From a bacterium (GTDB lineage Bacteria; SZUA-182; DTGQ01; JAFGSM01): DNA of 59,686 nt. The stretch is from contig JAFGSM010000151.1 in the NCBI GenBank assembly GCA_016934595.1, positions 1 through 59,686 of the forward strand, in the 5' to 3' direction. Numbering within the stretch: the stretch's first letter is position 1; each line of letters opens with the position of its first letter. The position numbers were made by a program, and so were the translations under genes. Shown here one piece after another: positions 9,139 through 19,643 of this stretch. A model generated the notes under the pieces. That model did not search any database and was not told the origin of the DNA. It worked only from the letters and a program-made list of their open reading frames with translations.

Positions 9139-9741
9139 TCATTTGTTATCCGATGGGGTTTCAGTTTCTTCAGCACAGTAAAAACATCCCCAGGGTCCGC
9201 AAACCTTGATAATAGTTTCCTTTTCAAAGGTTGCCTGTGGAAAATAGCCTCCGCCTACCATACCTAAACCACCATATCCCTGATTAGCCGGCAAGCCGAG
9301 TCCACCATACCCAGTCCCATAACCGCCATATCCCATACTAACCGGCCACACGAATCCACCATACCCAGTCCCATAACCGCCATATCCCATACTAACCGGC
9401 CACACGAATCCACCATACCCAGTCCCATACCCGCCATACCCGCCATATCCGCCATATCCCAAATTAACCGGCAAACTATATCCAGCCATAAAAGGATTGA
9501 TAAACACAGCCTCCACTGTTGGAAGCGAATCAGGCAAAGAGCCGTTCAAGCTTCTAACCCGCACAGAGTCACTGCTTCTCAACTCTGAATAATCAGCAGA
9601 GGCTGAATTATAATAAAATGGAGAATAGTAAGAATATGGGAAAGCAATCAAAAATGATTCTCCTATTCGTGTTAAGGTTAAAATACATATCAGAATGCAA
9701 ATAAAAGAAATTAATATCCAGAATATTTTCATACTATTCAT
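9139..9741 (-). CDS. Secreted Gly/Tyr-rich tandem-repeat protein with a Cys-containing C-terminal tail
   Basis: 200 aa. Signal-peptide-like MNSMKIFWILISFICILICILTL. The core is GYGGYGGYGGYGTGYGGFVWPVSM GYGGYGTGYGGFVWPVSM GYGGYGTGYGG... The C-terminus is KVCGPWGCFYCAEE. Confidence 0.6.
   Translation of the reverse strand: MNSMKIFWILISFICILICILTLTRIGESFLIAFPYSYYSPFYYNSASADYSELRSSDSVRVRSLNGSLPDSLPTVEAVFINPFMAGYSLPVNLGYGGYGGYGGYGTGYGGFVWPVSMGYGGYGTGYGGFVWPVSMGYGGYGTGYGGLGLPANQGYGGLGMVGGGYFPQATFEKETIIKVCGPWGCFYCAEETETPSDNK
9301..9437. repeat. 54-bp tandem repeat (2 perfect copies plus degenerate flanking copies) inside the Gly/Tyr-rich CDS
   Basis: 9301-9354 and 9355-9408 are identical (tccaccatacccagtcccataaccgccatatcccatactaaccggccacacgaa). 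A diverged third copy runs from 9409. The repeat is in frame, 18 aa per unit. Confidence 0.9.
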
Positions 9742-10665
9742 CTTAATATCTCCTCATATTAACCAATAAAAATTAATGAGACTGCCCGACAAGAGATACA
9801 ACTATCTTAAATCATAAAATGCCATGAATTCTAAACAATTAATTCAAACAGATACACCCTTTTTCTGCCCGAATTTTGTAGTCGGGCAGCCTCTTTCTAA
9901 ATAATCATCCAAAAACCCTAAACGATCCTATCGATATTCAATGGCTATTTTCCCTCAACCATCACCCCTTTTCTTCTAAAATTGCTTTGGCCAAAGCGAG
10001 TTAATAATATCTTCAAGAAATGATGTAACATATGTTAAATCTATAGCATTAATTTTTTTTAAATCTTATCCCTCCGGTCAATGAAGCATATTACAAAATG
10101 ATATACAGATTAAGGTCAAAGAAATCAAAAAGGTAAAACATGCGAACTGTCCCATTTTATTTGCCTCCTTTTTTGATTATTAATTTAAAATGCCGTCCTT
10201 ATCTTATAAATCAGATGCTTTTAAAATCTAAATAATTTTTTAAGTGAATTTTTTCTTTCTTACATAGTAAGTAGCAAAAAGCTCAAAAAAATTGCAATAC
10301 ACCTTCAGTGTACGTTGAGTTATTTTATGATTTATTTGCGGAAGTCGCTTATTTACAATGCGGATTGAGAGATTAGCAAAACTTTGAACCTGGATTCGAA
10401 AATATTTCTGCGAAATCAAACGCAAAAAAAACCATCGAAATTCGACTTATATTTATAGTCATGGGAATAAAAAATTGGGTAAAAATCTAAAATATAAATA
10501 GATGCCTTAAAAACGTAATAAAAAAACAAAAAGTCCAGTCTATACAAAAAAGGTTTTTAACAAACAAAAACTGAAAGGGAAAGTGGATATTATCATTTAA
10601 GAGATAAAAAAGGAGTTATTTATTATAGTTAAAAAGAACACTTTTAGGATTTGGGGGGTGATAAA

Positions 10666-11718
10666 ATGGGAACAAGACCAAACATTGAGGCACCTGATGG
10701 CTTACATAATCATTTCAGGAGGCTGATAAACGGGGATCAGGAAAGTGTAGTTGCATTCATAAATGCTTATAAAAAACGCGTCATTGAAATCGTAATACAC
10801 GATAATCTTTACAAGGAATATATAGACAAACTTCCTCAACCGGAATATCTTGCAGAAGCATCCCTTTTATCCTTTGCAGATAACGTGAAAAATGATTTGA
10901 TTAAAGAAACGTGCAATCTGGCAAAGGCACTCCTCGATACGGTCAAAAAACACATCCATATTTACACACACAAACTGCTTAAACAGATATGCTATGAGGT
11001 GTATCTTAAAACAGAAGGCGCTGAAGAACAGCTCTGGCAGTTCGAGATTAATGTCTTTCTCATAATTGAACGGCTGTCTTCGGCAAACCCTCTATTTTCT
11101 GATCATGCCAAGGTTGCGAAACAGGTCATGTTTGAATTTATTTCTCAAATCAAAAAAAATGGCGATAGAGACAAAAAGGGGGAAGAGATTAAGGATTTCC
11201 CTTCTTATCTCTATACAATCGTCAAGAGAAGGACATGGGATCAAAAAAACAGGGACATTAGATGGAAACAATTTCCTGAATCTTCCAACTACAATGGATC
11301 TTTCGGAAATCCTCTCGAATTCATTAAGAATTCAAATTATGAAAGTGACAAAGAGGATTATTTATTCAGGGAAGAATTGATTGATATTCTGGTAGAAGAA
11401 ATTTTTCCAAAACTGGACTTTTTAGAGCGATTTATTGTCATTATGCATGACCTTGAAGACAAAACTTTCACTGAAATCAGGAGAGAAATTTACTCGGAAT
11501 TTAGAACCAGAATGGATGAGAGCACAATCTGGCGAAAGCACAAAAAGGCGAAAGAAACTATCAAAAGACTATTTTGCCGTATGGGTATCTATAATTATAT
11601 GAAAAGCGGCAATGATCCTGCGCCTAAAAAATGTCACACCATAAATGCGAAAAGATTAAAAAACTTTTTTCTTTCGCATGAGGATATTCTGAACATGAAG
11701 TATTCTAAAGGCAAATAA
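10666..11718 (+). CDS. Divergent ECF-like sigma-70 family protein (regions 2 and 4 recognisable, long insert)
   Basis: The ATG at 10666 is preceded by ggggggtga. The N-terminal LINGDQESVVAFINAYKKRVIEIV resembles ECF region 2 (L..GD..A...L...Y...v). The C-terminal FLERFIVIMHDLEDKTFTEIRREI...STIWRKHKKAKETIKRL resembles region 4. About 150 extra residues lie between them. Confidence 0.4.
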   Translation: MGTRPNIEAPDGLHNHFRRLINGDQESVVAFINAYKKRVIEIVIHDNLYKEYIDKLPQPEYLAEASLLSFADNVKNDLIKETCNLAKALLDTVKKHIHIYTHKLLKQICYEVYLKTEGAEEQLWQFEINVFLIIERLSSANPLFSDHAKVAKQVMFEFISQIKKNGDRDKKGEEIKDFPSYLYTIVKRRTWDQKNRDIRWKQFPESSNYNGSFGNPLEFIKNSNYESDKEDYLFREELIDILVEEIFPKLDFLERFIVIMHDLEDKTFTEIRREIYSEFRTRMDESTIWRKHKKAKETIKRLFCRMGIYNYMKSGNDPAPKKCHTINAKRLKNFFLSHEDILNMKYSKGK

Positions 11719-11870
11719 ATGAAACATGCAAAAAAAATTTGAGATATTCGACTTATAATAATGAAGGCAGCCAATGGAACAAAATAGAAGTTTAAACATA
11801 ATGTTTATGACCTTTAGCTTGTTTTTAAGAGTCTCGAAAACAGGCAGTAATATATAATGCAAAAAGGGGG

Positions 11871-12773
11871 TTGACTAAATTGGATAGGGAGGAAAGTGAT
11901 TTCAAAAAAACTGGAAAGATTAAATTCAAGCAAACGGGGACAGATAAATATCAGAGAGACATCAAACCTAATGAAAGGGATACAAACTTGAATACACAGA
12001 ATGATGAGAGATTGCAATCCATACTTTCTAAACTTATTCCAGATTTAACTGAAGAAGAACGATTAGCCTTATATAAAGGTTATGTTAATCCATTTTCAAA
12101 GATCGCACCTTTTTCTTTAATCAATGACTTTAGGAAAAAGGCCCTGAAAAAGCTTTGTGAAGGCGTTCAAAAACACATGACAAGCCCTTCTATAGTTGAC
12201 CAGACGAAGATTTCTCCTGAAAAATATTCAACTGATGAACCTAAGAAACATTCAGAATTTAAAAAACTAATTGATGCCTATCTGTTAGACGAACTTACAG
12301 AAAACGTAAAGACAGTTTTCGAGGAACATATGCTTGACTGTGATTCATGTGGAGATCTGCTTCTCCTAAGCCGTGAGATTGTGAATATTCTTATTAATGA
12401 TGGAAAAATACTTTTTGCAGATATCTTTTCTGAAGAAAACAACACGGAGCCGCCAATCGATCAGCCAACTCCAAAACCCATATTGCCAAAAGATAAAGAC
12501 GATCTTGCAACCCAAAACAGCAGTGATTGTTTATCTGCTGAAAACGAGGATACTAAGATTGAGTTTTGCCCTGATGACGATTCGAATTGCCGGCTAAAAG
12601 GCAAATCCCTAACTTCGGAGATAGCGCTTGGTTTGTTTTTTGCTTTGCCCCTTGCTAAAAGGGGTCTTCCGGTGACTCAAAGACTTTTATCATTTTTAAG
12701 GCTCTATAGAATTCTGCCATGCTCATTTGAGTTCTCAAATATTATAGAGGCCATCTTATTAAGATTTTTATAA
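11871..12773 (+). CDS. Putative anti-sigma factor with zf-HC2 motif and a C-terminal TM segment (start uncertain)
   Basis: LIDAYLLDELTENVKTVFEEHMLDCDSCGDLL fits the zf-HC2 anti-sigma signature (H-x3-C-x2-C). There is a TM segment SEIALGLFFALPLA near the C-terminus. The track start is a TTG at 11871. An ATG at 12177 would put the motif at the usual N-terminal position. Confidence 0.45.
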   Translation: MTKLDREESDFKKTGKIKFKQTGTDKYQRDIKPNERDTNLNTQNDERLQSILSKLIPDLTEEERLALYKGYVNPFSKIAPFSLINDFRKKALKKLCEGVQKHMTSPSIVDQTKISPEKYSTDEPKKHSEFKKLIDAYLLDELTENVKTVFEEHMLDCDSCGDLLLLSREIVNILINDGKILFADIFSEENNTEPPIDQPTPKPILPKDKDDLATQNSSDCLSAENEDTKIEFCPDDDSNCRLKGKSLTSEIALGLFFALPLAKRGLPVTQRLLSFLRLYRILPCSFEFSNIIEAILLRFL

Positions 12774-12859
12774 TTTTTTAATTCAAGGAATTCGGTTTTG
12801 TTTATATTGGATCGCCAACCCCGCAACAAGCTGCTGCGGTAATGCACTTGCTTTGCATT

Positions 12860-13699
12860 TTAACACGCTTTGGCAACGGTTTTGCCTTCTTCTGATACAA
12901 AAATCATGCCCTGTTCATCAGTCCAGAAGATGACTTTTTGAGGGCATTTTCCCTGGCAGATACCGCATGCAGTGCATTTCTCAGAGTCAATAACCGCCAA
13001 AGAATCTTCCATGCGGATAGCTTCTGCCGGGCATTTTTTCACACAAATCTGACAGGCGATACACCCGATCTGACATACGTCTTTTACTGTCTTTCCTTTA
13101 TCATGGGAATTGCAAAGCACCAAAAACCTCTGTGCTTCAGGGACAAGCCTGATGACATTTTTAGGGCATATGGCTGCACATTTGCCACAACCCGTACACT
13201 TTCGAGTATCTATAACAGGTATATGTTCCGGTCCCATTGAAATCGCACCAAACGTACAAGCTCTAAGACATGTGCCCATGCCCAGACAGCCATATTCGCA
13301 AGCCTTAGGCCCGCCAGCCAAAATCGCAGCAGCCTTGCAGTCTTTCACGCCTGTGTATGAATATTTATCCCGAGCATGTCTAATTCCACCCCTGCAAAAT
13401 ACACGCGCGATCTTTTTGGGTCCTGATTCGATCTTTATGCCAAGGATATTGCCTACCTGCTGGGCCACGGCAATTCCTCCTGCGCTGCAGCCCCCAGGTT
13501 CCGCCTTCCCTTTTATAAGCGCATCGGCAAATCCAGAACATCCTGCGAATCCACAGCCTCCGCAGTTTGCCCCTGGCAGTATATCCGTGATCTGTTTTAT
13601 CCTTGGATCGGTTTCAACCGCAAGAAATCGGGATGCGATCCCCAAACCAAGGGCGGAAAAAAGGGCAACGCCTCCCAACGTTAGCATTGAAGGCCACAT
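12860..13699 (-). CDS. rnfB: Rnf electron-transport complex subunit B (polyferredoxin type)
   Basis: 279 aa. N-terminal TM segment, CGGCGFAGC motif and several CxxCxxCxxxCP 4Fe-4S motifs. aaggag RBS. Last gene of the rnfCDGEAB order. Confidence 0.9.
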   Translation of the reverse strand: MWPSMLTLGGVALFSALGLGIASRFLAVETDPRIKQITDILPGANCGGCGFAGCSGFADALIKGKAEPGGCSAGGIAVAQQVGNILGIKIESGPKKIARVFCRGGIRHARDKYSYTGVKDCKAAAILAGGPKACEYGCLGMGTCLRACTFGAISMGPEHIPVIDTRKCTGCGKCAAICPKNVIRLVPEAQRFLVLCNSHDKGKTVKDVCQIGCIACQICVKKCPAEAIRMEDSLAVIDSEKCTACGICQGKCPQKVIFWTDEQGMIFVSEEGKTVAKAC

Positions 13700-13769
13700 A
13701 ATGACTATTGCTCCTTTCCCGTAAATATCTTTGGTGAGATCAACAAATAATCCCTTCTCATAAGCGCCT

Positions 13770-14348
13770 TCATTTTACAAGCCCGGAGAATCCCAGAAAT
13801 GCAAGGGAAAGAAGGCCTGCAGTTATTAGCGCGATGGCGGTTCCCTCGAATGATTTAGGAATCTCTGAGAGGCTCAGGCGTTCCCTGATACCGGCAAACA
13901 GGATGAGAGCGAGCGTAAATCCCACAGAAGTCCCGAGCGCGAATACAACGGTTTCTATAAATGTATAGGAGAGTTGAACCGTTATGACTGACACTGCAAG
14001 CACACAGCAGTTTGTTGTTATAAGCGGGAGATAGATGCCAAGCGCCTGATAGAGGGCCGGGCTGGTTTTCATGATCACCATCTCCACAAACTGCACCAAA
14101 ACCGCTATCACGAGTATGAAAACGATGGTCTGCATGTAGGTTATGTTAAGGGGAGCCAGTATGTATGTGAACAAAGTCCATGTCACGCTTGCAGCCAAGG
14201 TTATGACGAAGATGACTGCCATGCCCATTCCTACGGCGGTCTCGGTCTTCTTTGAAACACCCAGAAACGGGCAAATGCCTATGATCCTGGCCAGAACAAA
14301 ATTGTTGACCAGAACGGTGCTCATAATAATAATGATCAGTTTTCCCAT
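13770..14348 (-). CDS. rnfA: Rnf complex subunit A
   Basis: 192-aa polytopic membrane protein with the typical RnfA/NqrE pattern, positioned between rnfE and rnfB. Confidence 0.9.
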   Translation of the reverse strand: MGKLIIIIMSTVLVNNFVLARIIGICPFLGVSKKTETAVGMGMAVIFVITLAASVTWTLFTYILAPLNITYMQTIVFILVIAVLVQFVEMVIMKTSPALYQALGIYLPLITTNCCVLAVSVITVQLSYTFIETVVFALGTSVGFTLALILFAGIRERLSLSEIPKSFEGTAIALITAGLLSLAFLGFSGLVK

Positions 14349-14352
14349 TTCT

Positions 14353-14955
14353 TTATCCCTTATATCCCAGTTTTTCGTTTATCTTGTTCATCATCCCCAA
14401 GAGGAGGCCAAGTGCAATGAAAGCGCCTCCCGGGATCAGCGCGAGGAGAAATGCCTGGTAGGATTTTGAAAAAATAGTGATACCAAAAATCGTCCCATTC
14501 CCAAGAAGCTCACGTATCATCCCCAAAACAGTTATGGAGATTGTGAATCCCAGACCCATTCCCAGGCCATCGGCTATGGAATTGATGACAGGGTATTTTG
14601 ATGCAAATGCCTCAGCCCTGGCAATAATGATACAGTTCACAACGATCAGAGGAATGAATACACCAAGCGCCTTGTGTATCTCATAGAAAAACCCCTCCAT
14701 GACCAAGTCTACGATGGTTACGAATGTGGCGATGACAACAATAAAGACTGCCAGGCGAACCTTTTCGGGTATGATCTTGCGCATGACGGATACGACAAAA
14801 TTGGAGCAAACGAGGACAAAGGTAGCAGCAAGCCCCATCCCTATGCCGTTTATTGCCTGAGTAGTTATGGCCATTGTAGCGCACATGCCTAAAACAAGAC
14901 GGAAGACGGGATTCTCATTCCAAAATCCATTTAAAAAGTCATTCAGGACACTCAT
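14353..14955 (-). CDS. rnfE: Rnf complex subunit E
   Basis: 200-aa polytopic membrane protein, RnfE/NqrD-like (NPVFRLVLGMC...), in the expected operon position. Confidence 0.9.
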   Translation of the reverse strand: MSVLNDFLNGFWNENPVFRLVLGMCATMAITTQAINGIGMGLAATFVLVCSNFVVSVMRKIIPEKVRLAVFIVVIATFVTIVDLVMEGFFYEIHKALGVFIPLIVVNCIIIARAEAFASKYPVINSIADGLGMGLGFTISITVLGMIRELLGNGTIFGITIFSKSYQAFLLALIPGGAFIALGLLLGMMNKINEKLGYKG

Positions 14956-15025
14956 TTATCAATCCACCCTCTCCTTTGCTTTATAAATATAAAAGGCTTA
15001 TCCAAATTTTATATAAACCTTTATT

Positions 15026-15607
15026 TCAGCCCTTATCTTCTGTAATCGTATCCTTATGATCATTAAAAAATTCCATTCCCTCCCGTATTGCCTTTACAAT
15101 TGCACGGGGGGATGTCGTTGCGCCAGTTACCTGATCAATGTCTCCTCCATCCTTTTTGAGCATGAATTTTGTGTTTGAAATGGATCTCCCCTTAAACTGA
15201 CTCCTGAACTCAGGAGTCGTGATCTTTGCGCCAAGTCCTGGCGTCTCCGAATGGCGCACGATCTCAATGCCATATATCAACCCGTTTGGATCAAGACCGA
15301 GCATGGCGACAACCTCCCCGCCATATCCCTTGCTGCTGCTCACCTCAAAGGCAATACCCGTGATCTGCCCCTCCAAGGTGCCCCTGTATACCAGCCGCTT
15401 ATTTCCTTCCCCGATATCTATTGTCACTGTATCCTGATCAGGCTGGTTTTCGTGCTCAGGTATCACGGCCTCTACTGCCCTCAATTTGGCGAGCCTCCTC
15501 TGGTTTACGATTGGATCCTTTGTAAATTCATAGACCCGTGCAAGCGCCATGGCAGCCAAAACGCATAAGACTGTCAAAACTGTCACTAGGCGGATAATCT
15601 CACGCAT
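15026..15607 (-). CDS. rnfG: Rnf complex subunit G (FMN-binding)
   Basis: The track ORF extends to 15670. I prefer the ATG at 15607 (MREIIRLVTVL..., a TM anchor), which overlaps the rnfD stop by 8 nt (atgcgtga). VTGATTSPRAI is an FMN-attachment motif. Confidence 0.85.
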   Translation of the reverse strand: MREIIRLVTVLTVLCVLAAMALARVYEFTKDPIVNQRRLAKLRAVEAVIPEHENQPDQDTVTIDIGEGNKRLVYRGTLEGQITGIAFEVSSSKGYGGEVVAMLGLDPNGLIYGIEIVRHSETPGLGAKITTPEFRSQFKGRSISNTKFMLKKDGGDIDQVTGATTSPRAIVKAIREGMEFFNDHKDTITEDKG

Positions 15608-16574
15608 GTTTTTTGAGCCTCCCATATCTCTTAGGTCTTGTATACTGATCAATAAGGGGTGCTGCGGCATTCATAAGCAGGATGGAAAAGGAGACCCCTT
15701 CCGGGTATGAGCCTAAGATACGTATAACGCCGGTAATTATGCCGCATCCGATACCGAAAATGATCTTACCTTTAACGGTTATGGGCGATGTCACATAGTC
15801 GGTAGCCATAAAACAGGCGCCCAGTACAAGTCCTCCTGCAAGGAGGTGAAAGGCAGGATTGGCATATCTCTGTGGATTGACAAGCCAGAAGACACCTGTA
15901 AAAACACAAACGGTTCCCATATAGGCCACAGGTATGTGCCAGGTTACATAACCCTTCCAAAGCAGAAACAAAAAGCCTATAAGCAGGGCAAGGGCGGACA
16001 CCTCACCTATGCATCCTCCCGTCTTCCCTATGAATAAATCAAACAGTCTTATGCCTCCAAGTTTTGCAATGCCATCCGACTTCAATATACCGAGAGGGGT
16101 TGCTGTTGAAACCCCGTCAAGAGGCGCAATCCATCTGGTCATTTGAACAGGCCACGACACAACAAGCACAACGCGGGCCACAAGCGCCGGATTAAACGGA
16201 TTATGCCCCAGACCGCCGTAAATCTGTTTGCCTATTATTATTGCAAAAACTGCCCCCACAAGCACCATCCACCAAGGAGACCTGGGCGGCAGGTTCAGCG
16301 CCAGAAGAAGCCCAGTCAATGCAGCGCTGCCATCCCACATAGACATCTGCCGACCTAATATCCACTGTATCACACCTTCAGTAAGAACAGCAACCAACAT
16401 GGAAATTACAACGACCTTCAGTGCGCTCCAGCCGAACAGATAAATCCCAGTAAAAGTTGCGGGTATAAGAGCAAGAATGACACCATACATTACCTTAGGG
16501 ATATTTGTGATGGTCGAAATATGCGGACCACAGGATAAGATCAATTCTCCGGTCGATTCTTGTTCTTCATTCAT
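15600..16574 (-). CDS. rnfD: Rnf complex subunit D
   Basis: The track ORF extends to 16691. The ATG at 16574 forms an ATGA overlap with the rnfC stop and gives a typical-length RnfD (MNEEQEST..., GGLGHNPFNPALVARV, VSTATPLG). Confidence 0.88.
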   Translation of the reverse strand: MNEEQESTGELILSCGPHISTITNIPKVMYGVILALIPATFTGIYLFGWSALKVVVISMLVAVLTEGVIQWILGRQMSMWDGSAALTGLLLALNLPPRSPWWMVLVGAVFAIIIGKQIYGGLGHNPFNPALVARVVLVVSWPVQMTRWIAPLDGVSTATPLGILKSDGIAKLGGIRLFDLFIGKTGGCIGEVSALALLIGFLFLLWKGYVTWHIPVAYMGTVCVFTGVFWLVNPQRYANPAFHLLAGGLVLGACFMATDYVTSPITVKGKIIFGIGCGIITGVIRILGSYPEGVSFSILLMNAAAPLIDQYTRPKRYGRLKKHA

Positions 16575-17911
16575 GATTTCGCCTCTCGTTTTTTTTGAAT
16601 ACTCAGAATTTCCTGTTTCCCCAGTTTTATAAGATGAACCATCTGCCTGCTCGCAGGACAGATATAACTGCATGATCCGCATTCCATGCAATCGAATATA
16701 TGAAGCTTCTCAGCGTCTTCCCATCTTCCCTTTTCACAGTAAATGCCTAAAAGATTAGGCAAAAGATTCATGGGACATGCGCGTATACATTGACCACACC
16801 TTATGCAAGCCCTGGACTCCTGTTTTGCCGCCTCTTTACGGTTTAAAACAAGGATACCTGATGTGCCTTTTATTACAGGAACATCCAGACGGTGCTGGGC
16901 AATGCCCATCATTGGCCCGCCCATTATAACCTTGCCAACAGAACCATTTGTATTTCCACATTGAGCTATAAGATCAGAAAAACTCGTCCCCAGCCGCACC
17001 CTGAGATTTTTGGGATCATTGATTGCTGAACCGGTCACGGTAACCACCCTCTCTACAAGGGGCTTATTATCTCTCACAGCCTCATAAACGGCCAGGCATG
17101 TGCCTGCATTTTGGACCACCACTCCTACATCAAGGGGAAGACATGGAGGAGGCGGCACTTCTCTTCCCAGTATAGCCTTTATAAGCTGTTTTTCTGCGCC
17201 CTGAGGATACTTTAATTTTAAACCCTGAACATATATTCCACTCTCTCCTTTTGCAACTTTGGACATAGACTCAATGGCATCGGGCTTGTTTGACTCAATA
17301 CCTATAAAGGCCCTGTCTACATTCAGAACCTTCATTATCAGTCTCAGACCCGCTATGATTTTCTCGGGTTCTTCCAGCATTATCCTATGATCTGCTGTAA
17401 GATAAGGCTCACACTCCACACCATTTAGAATTACTGTGTCAATCCTTTTCCCCTTGGGAGGGGAGAGTTTAACTGCCGTAGGGAAGGCGGCACCGCCCAA
17501 TCCAACAATACCGGCATTTCTGACCCTGTTCAATATATCTTTTGGCTCCAGCCTGCTGTAATACAAATCTTCCTGTATAGCATCATCCCATGCATCCAGC
17601 CCATCTGATTCAATGGTTACCGCCATTACCGGCTTCCCAATCGGATGGGGGGCGAGGCAGACGGCTTTAATTGTACCTGAAATGGGGGCATGCACAGGCG
17701 CGGACACAAATGAATCGGCCTGTCCAATCAACTGGCCGGCCTTGACTTTGTCGCCTTCTTTAACCCTGGGCTGACATGGAGCGCCTATATGTTGAGACAT
17801 AGGACAAACAATAACATTTGGGATTACTGCGGGCTCTATCTGTTTATGGACTGATAGCGATTTTCGATCTGGAGGATGTACTCCGCCTGGGAAGGTTTTT
17901 AATTTTATCAT
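16571..17911 (-). CDS. rnfC: Rnf complex subunit C
   Basis: 446 aa. [12 protein letters not shown] nucleotide-binding region and two 4Fe-4S motifs ([24 protein letters not shown]). The start overlaps the dCMP deaminase stop (ATGA). Confidence 0.92.
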   Translation of the reverse strand: MIKLKTFPGGVHPPDRKSLSVHKQIEPAVIPNVIVCPMSQHIGAPCQPRVKEGDKVKAGQLIGQADSFVSAPVHAPISGTIKAVCLAPHPIGKPVMAVTIESDGLDAWDDAIQEDLYYSRLEPKDILNRVRNAGIVGLGGAAFPTAVKLSPPKGKRIDTVILNGVECEPYLTADHRIMLEEPEKIIAGLRLIMKVLNVDRAFIGIESNKPDAIESMSKVAKGESGIYVQGLKLKYPQGAEKQLIKAILGREVPPPPCLPLDVGVVVQNAGTCLAVYEAVRDNKPLVERVVTVTGSAINDPKNLRVRLGTSFSDLIAQCGNTNGSVGKVIMGGPMMGIAQHRLDVPVIKGTSGILVLNRKEAAKQESRACIRCGQCIRACPMNLLPNLLGIYCEKGRWEDAEKLHIFDCMECGSCSYICPASRQMVHLIKLGKQEILSIQKKREAKS

Positions 17912-18357
17912 TTTTCACATCGTCTTATCATTGGGATTTTAGCCTCATTCAACATCTCCAAGGACAGATGATCAGGATACCCTTGATCGTAAATGATATT
18001 TTTTATCTTCGAATTTATAATCATTTTTGCGCACACAACGCATGGCATGTGTGTGCTGTATAGTGTAGACCCTTTTATCTGAATCCCGTAAACTGCGGCC
18101 TGAATGATTGCATTTTGCTCTGCATGCAGTCCCCGGCATAGTTCATGCCTTTCTCCTGATGGCACACCGATTTTCTCCCGAAGACATCCAACGTCATCGC
18201 AATGGGGCAAACCTGTGGGTACTCCATTATAACCTGTCGCAAGTATATGTCTGTCCTTAACAAGTATTGCGCCAACCTGACGACGAAGACAGGTTGACCT
18301 AGTAGCCACAAGATTGGCAATCCCCATAAAATAATCTTCCCAACTTGGCCGGGACAT
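17908..18357 (-). CDS. Deoxycytidylate (dCMP) deaminase / ComEB-family cytidine-deoxycytidylate deaminase
   Basis: 149 aa with the zinc-binding motifs HAEQNAI and PCVVCAKMI. Confidence 0.88.
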   Translation of the reverse strand: MSRPSWEDYFMGIANLVATRSTCLRRQVGAILVKDRHILATGYNGVPTGLPHCDDVGCLREKIGVPSGERHELCRGLHAEQNAIIQAAVYGIQIKGSTLYSTHMPCVVCAKMIINSKIKNIIYDQGYPDHLSLEMLNEAKIPMIRRCEK

Positions 18358-18374
18358 ATGCTATCACAACCTTT

Positions 18375-19637
18375 TTAATTTGTAAAATCCATTTTATGGA
18401 CATATAATGGAAAACGATTGCATAATTCTCCGACTTCCTGTCTTGCTTCAGCATAAACCCGTTTGTTCCCGATATTTTCAAGCACCCTGTTTACAAGGCG
18501 GGCTATAGTTTTCATTTCAGTGCATTTCATACCCCTTGTGGTTACAGCGGGGGTGCCTATGCGTATACCGCTTGTCACGTTCGCCCCCTTATCATCAAAA
18601 GGTATCTGATTCTTATTCACACTTATACCTGCCTCGTCCAGGGCATCCTCCGCATCCTTTCCGGCAATCCCTTTTGGCCTTAGATCCACCAAAAAAAGAT
18701 GGGTATCAGTACCTCCCGACACAAGCCTGTAGCCAAGATAAAGAAATTCTTCTGCCAGCGACCTGGCATTTTGAACCACCTGCCTCTGATATGATCCGAA
18801 ATCATCTGACATGGCCTCTTTAAAGCAAACCGCCTTGGCGGCTATAACGTGCATTAAAGGCCCGCCTTGTGAGCCAGGGAAAACCGCTTTATCAATTCGA
18901 TCCGCATACTCCCTGCGGCACATTATCATCCCTCCCCTTGGCCCTCGGAGTGTCTTGTGGGTGGTGGTTGTGACTATATCACAATAAGGGATAGGGCTGG
19001 GATGTTCTCCTGCTGCAACCAGTCCGGCAATATGGGCGATATCTGCCATGAGATAAGCTCCGCAATCATCAGCGATGTTTCGAAATAAAGAAAAATCTAT
19101 CCGCCTTGGATATGAGCTTCCTCCTGCTATTATAAGTCGGGGTTTTATTTCAAACGCCTGAGCGGAAATCCGGTCCATATTCAGGGTCTCTGTATGTTCA
19201 TCCAAACCATAAGGAAAATTTTGAAAAAATATCCCTGAAAAATTGACCGTGCTGCCATGTGTCAGATGACCTCCATGACTCAGTTTCATCCCCATAATCC
19301 TGTCGCCAGGTTTTAACAATGCCATATAAACAGCCATATTGGCCTGAGAGCCGGAATGAGGCTGCACGTTTACATGCTCGGCGCCAAAAAGGTCCCTTGC
19401 CCTTTCTATTGCAAGGGATTCAGCCATATCTATATATTTGCATCCCCCATAGTATCTTTGCATAGGATACCCTTCCGCATATTTATTTGTGAGAATAGAT
19501 CCCTGTGCCTCCATTATCGCAGGGCTGGCAAAGTTCTCAGATGCAATAAGCTCTAAAGTGCTATTCAGCCGGATTTTTTCCCTATTTATAACATCATGAA
19601 TCTGGGGATCAATATCATGCAAAGGACCATCGTTCAT
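18375..19637 (-). CDS. glyA: Serine hydroxymethyltransferase
   Basis: 420 aa. PLP-lysine motif [14 protein letters not shown], and the typical N-terminus LELIASENF. Confidence 0.95.
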   Translation of the reverse strand: MNDGPLHDIDPQIHDVINREKIRLNSTLELIASENFASPAIMEAQGSILTNKYAEGYPMQRYYGGCKYIDMAESLAIERARDLFGAEHVNVQPHSGSQANMAVYMALLKPGDRIMGMKLSHGGHLTHGSTVNFSGIFFQNFPYGLDEHTETLNMDRISAQAFEIKPRLIIAGGSSYPRRIDFSLFRNIADDCGAYLMADIAHIAGLVAAGEHPSPIPYCDIVTTTTHKTLRGPRGGMIMCRREYADRIDKAVFPGSQGGPLMHVIAAKAVCFKEAMSDDFGSYQRQVVQNARSLAEEFLYLGYRLVSGGTDTHLFLVDLRPKGIAGKDAEDALDEAGISVNKNQIPFDDKGANVTSGIRIGTPAVTTRGMKCTEMKTIARLVNRVLENIGNKRVYAEARQEVGELCNRFPLYVHKMDFTN

Positions 19638-19643
19638 CCTTTT

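Noticed and set aside
9301-9437. Possible CRISPR-like array, because of the perfect direct repeats
   Set aside because: The repeats are directly tandem with no spacers. The period is 54 bp and in frame within a coding sequence, and no cas genes are nearby.
13110-13724. 204-aa plus-strand ORF, and other long antisense ORFs over rnf genes (12938..13240, 14143..14469, 15251..15568, 16143..16443)
   Set aside because: They are shadow ORFs opposite well-supported rnfB/A/E/G/D coding frames. Their compositions are Pro/Ala/Ser-skewed and carry no recognisable motifs.
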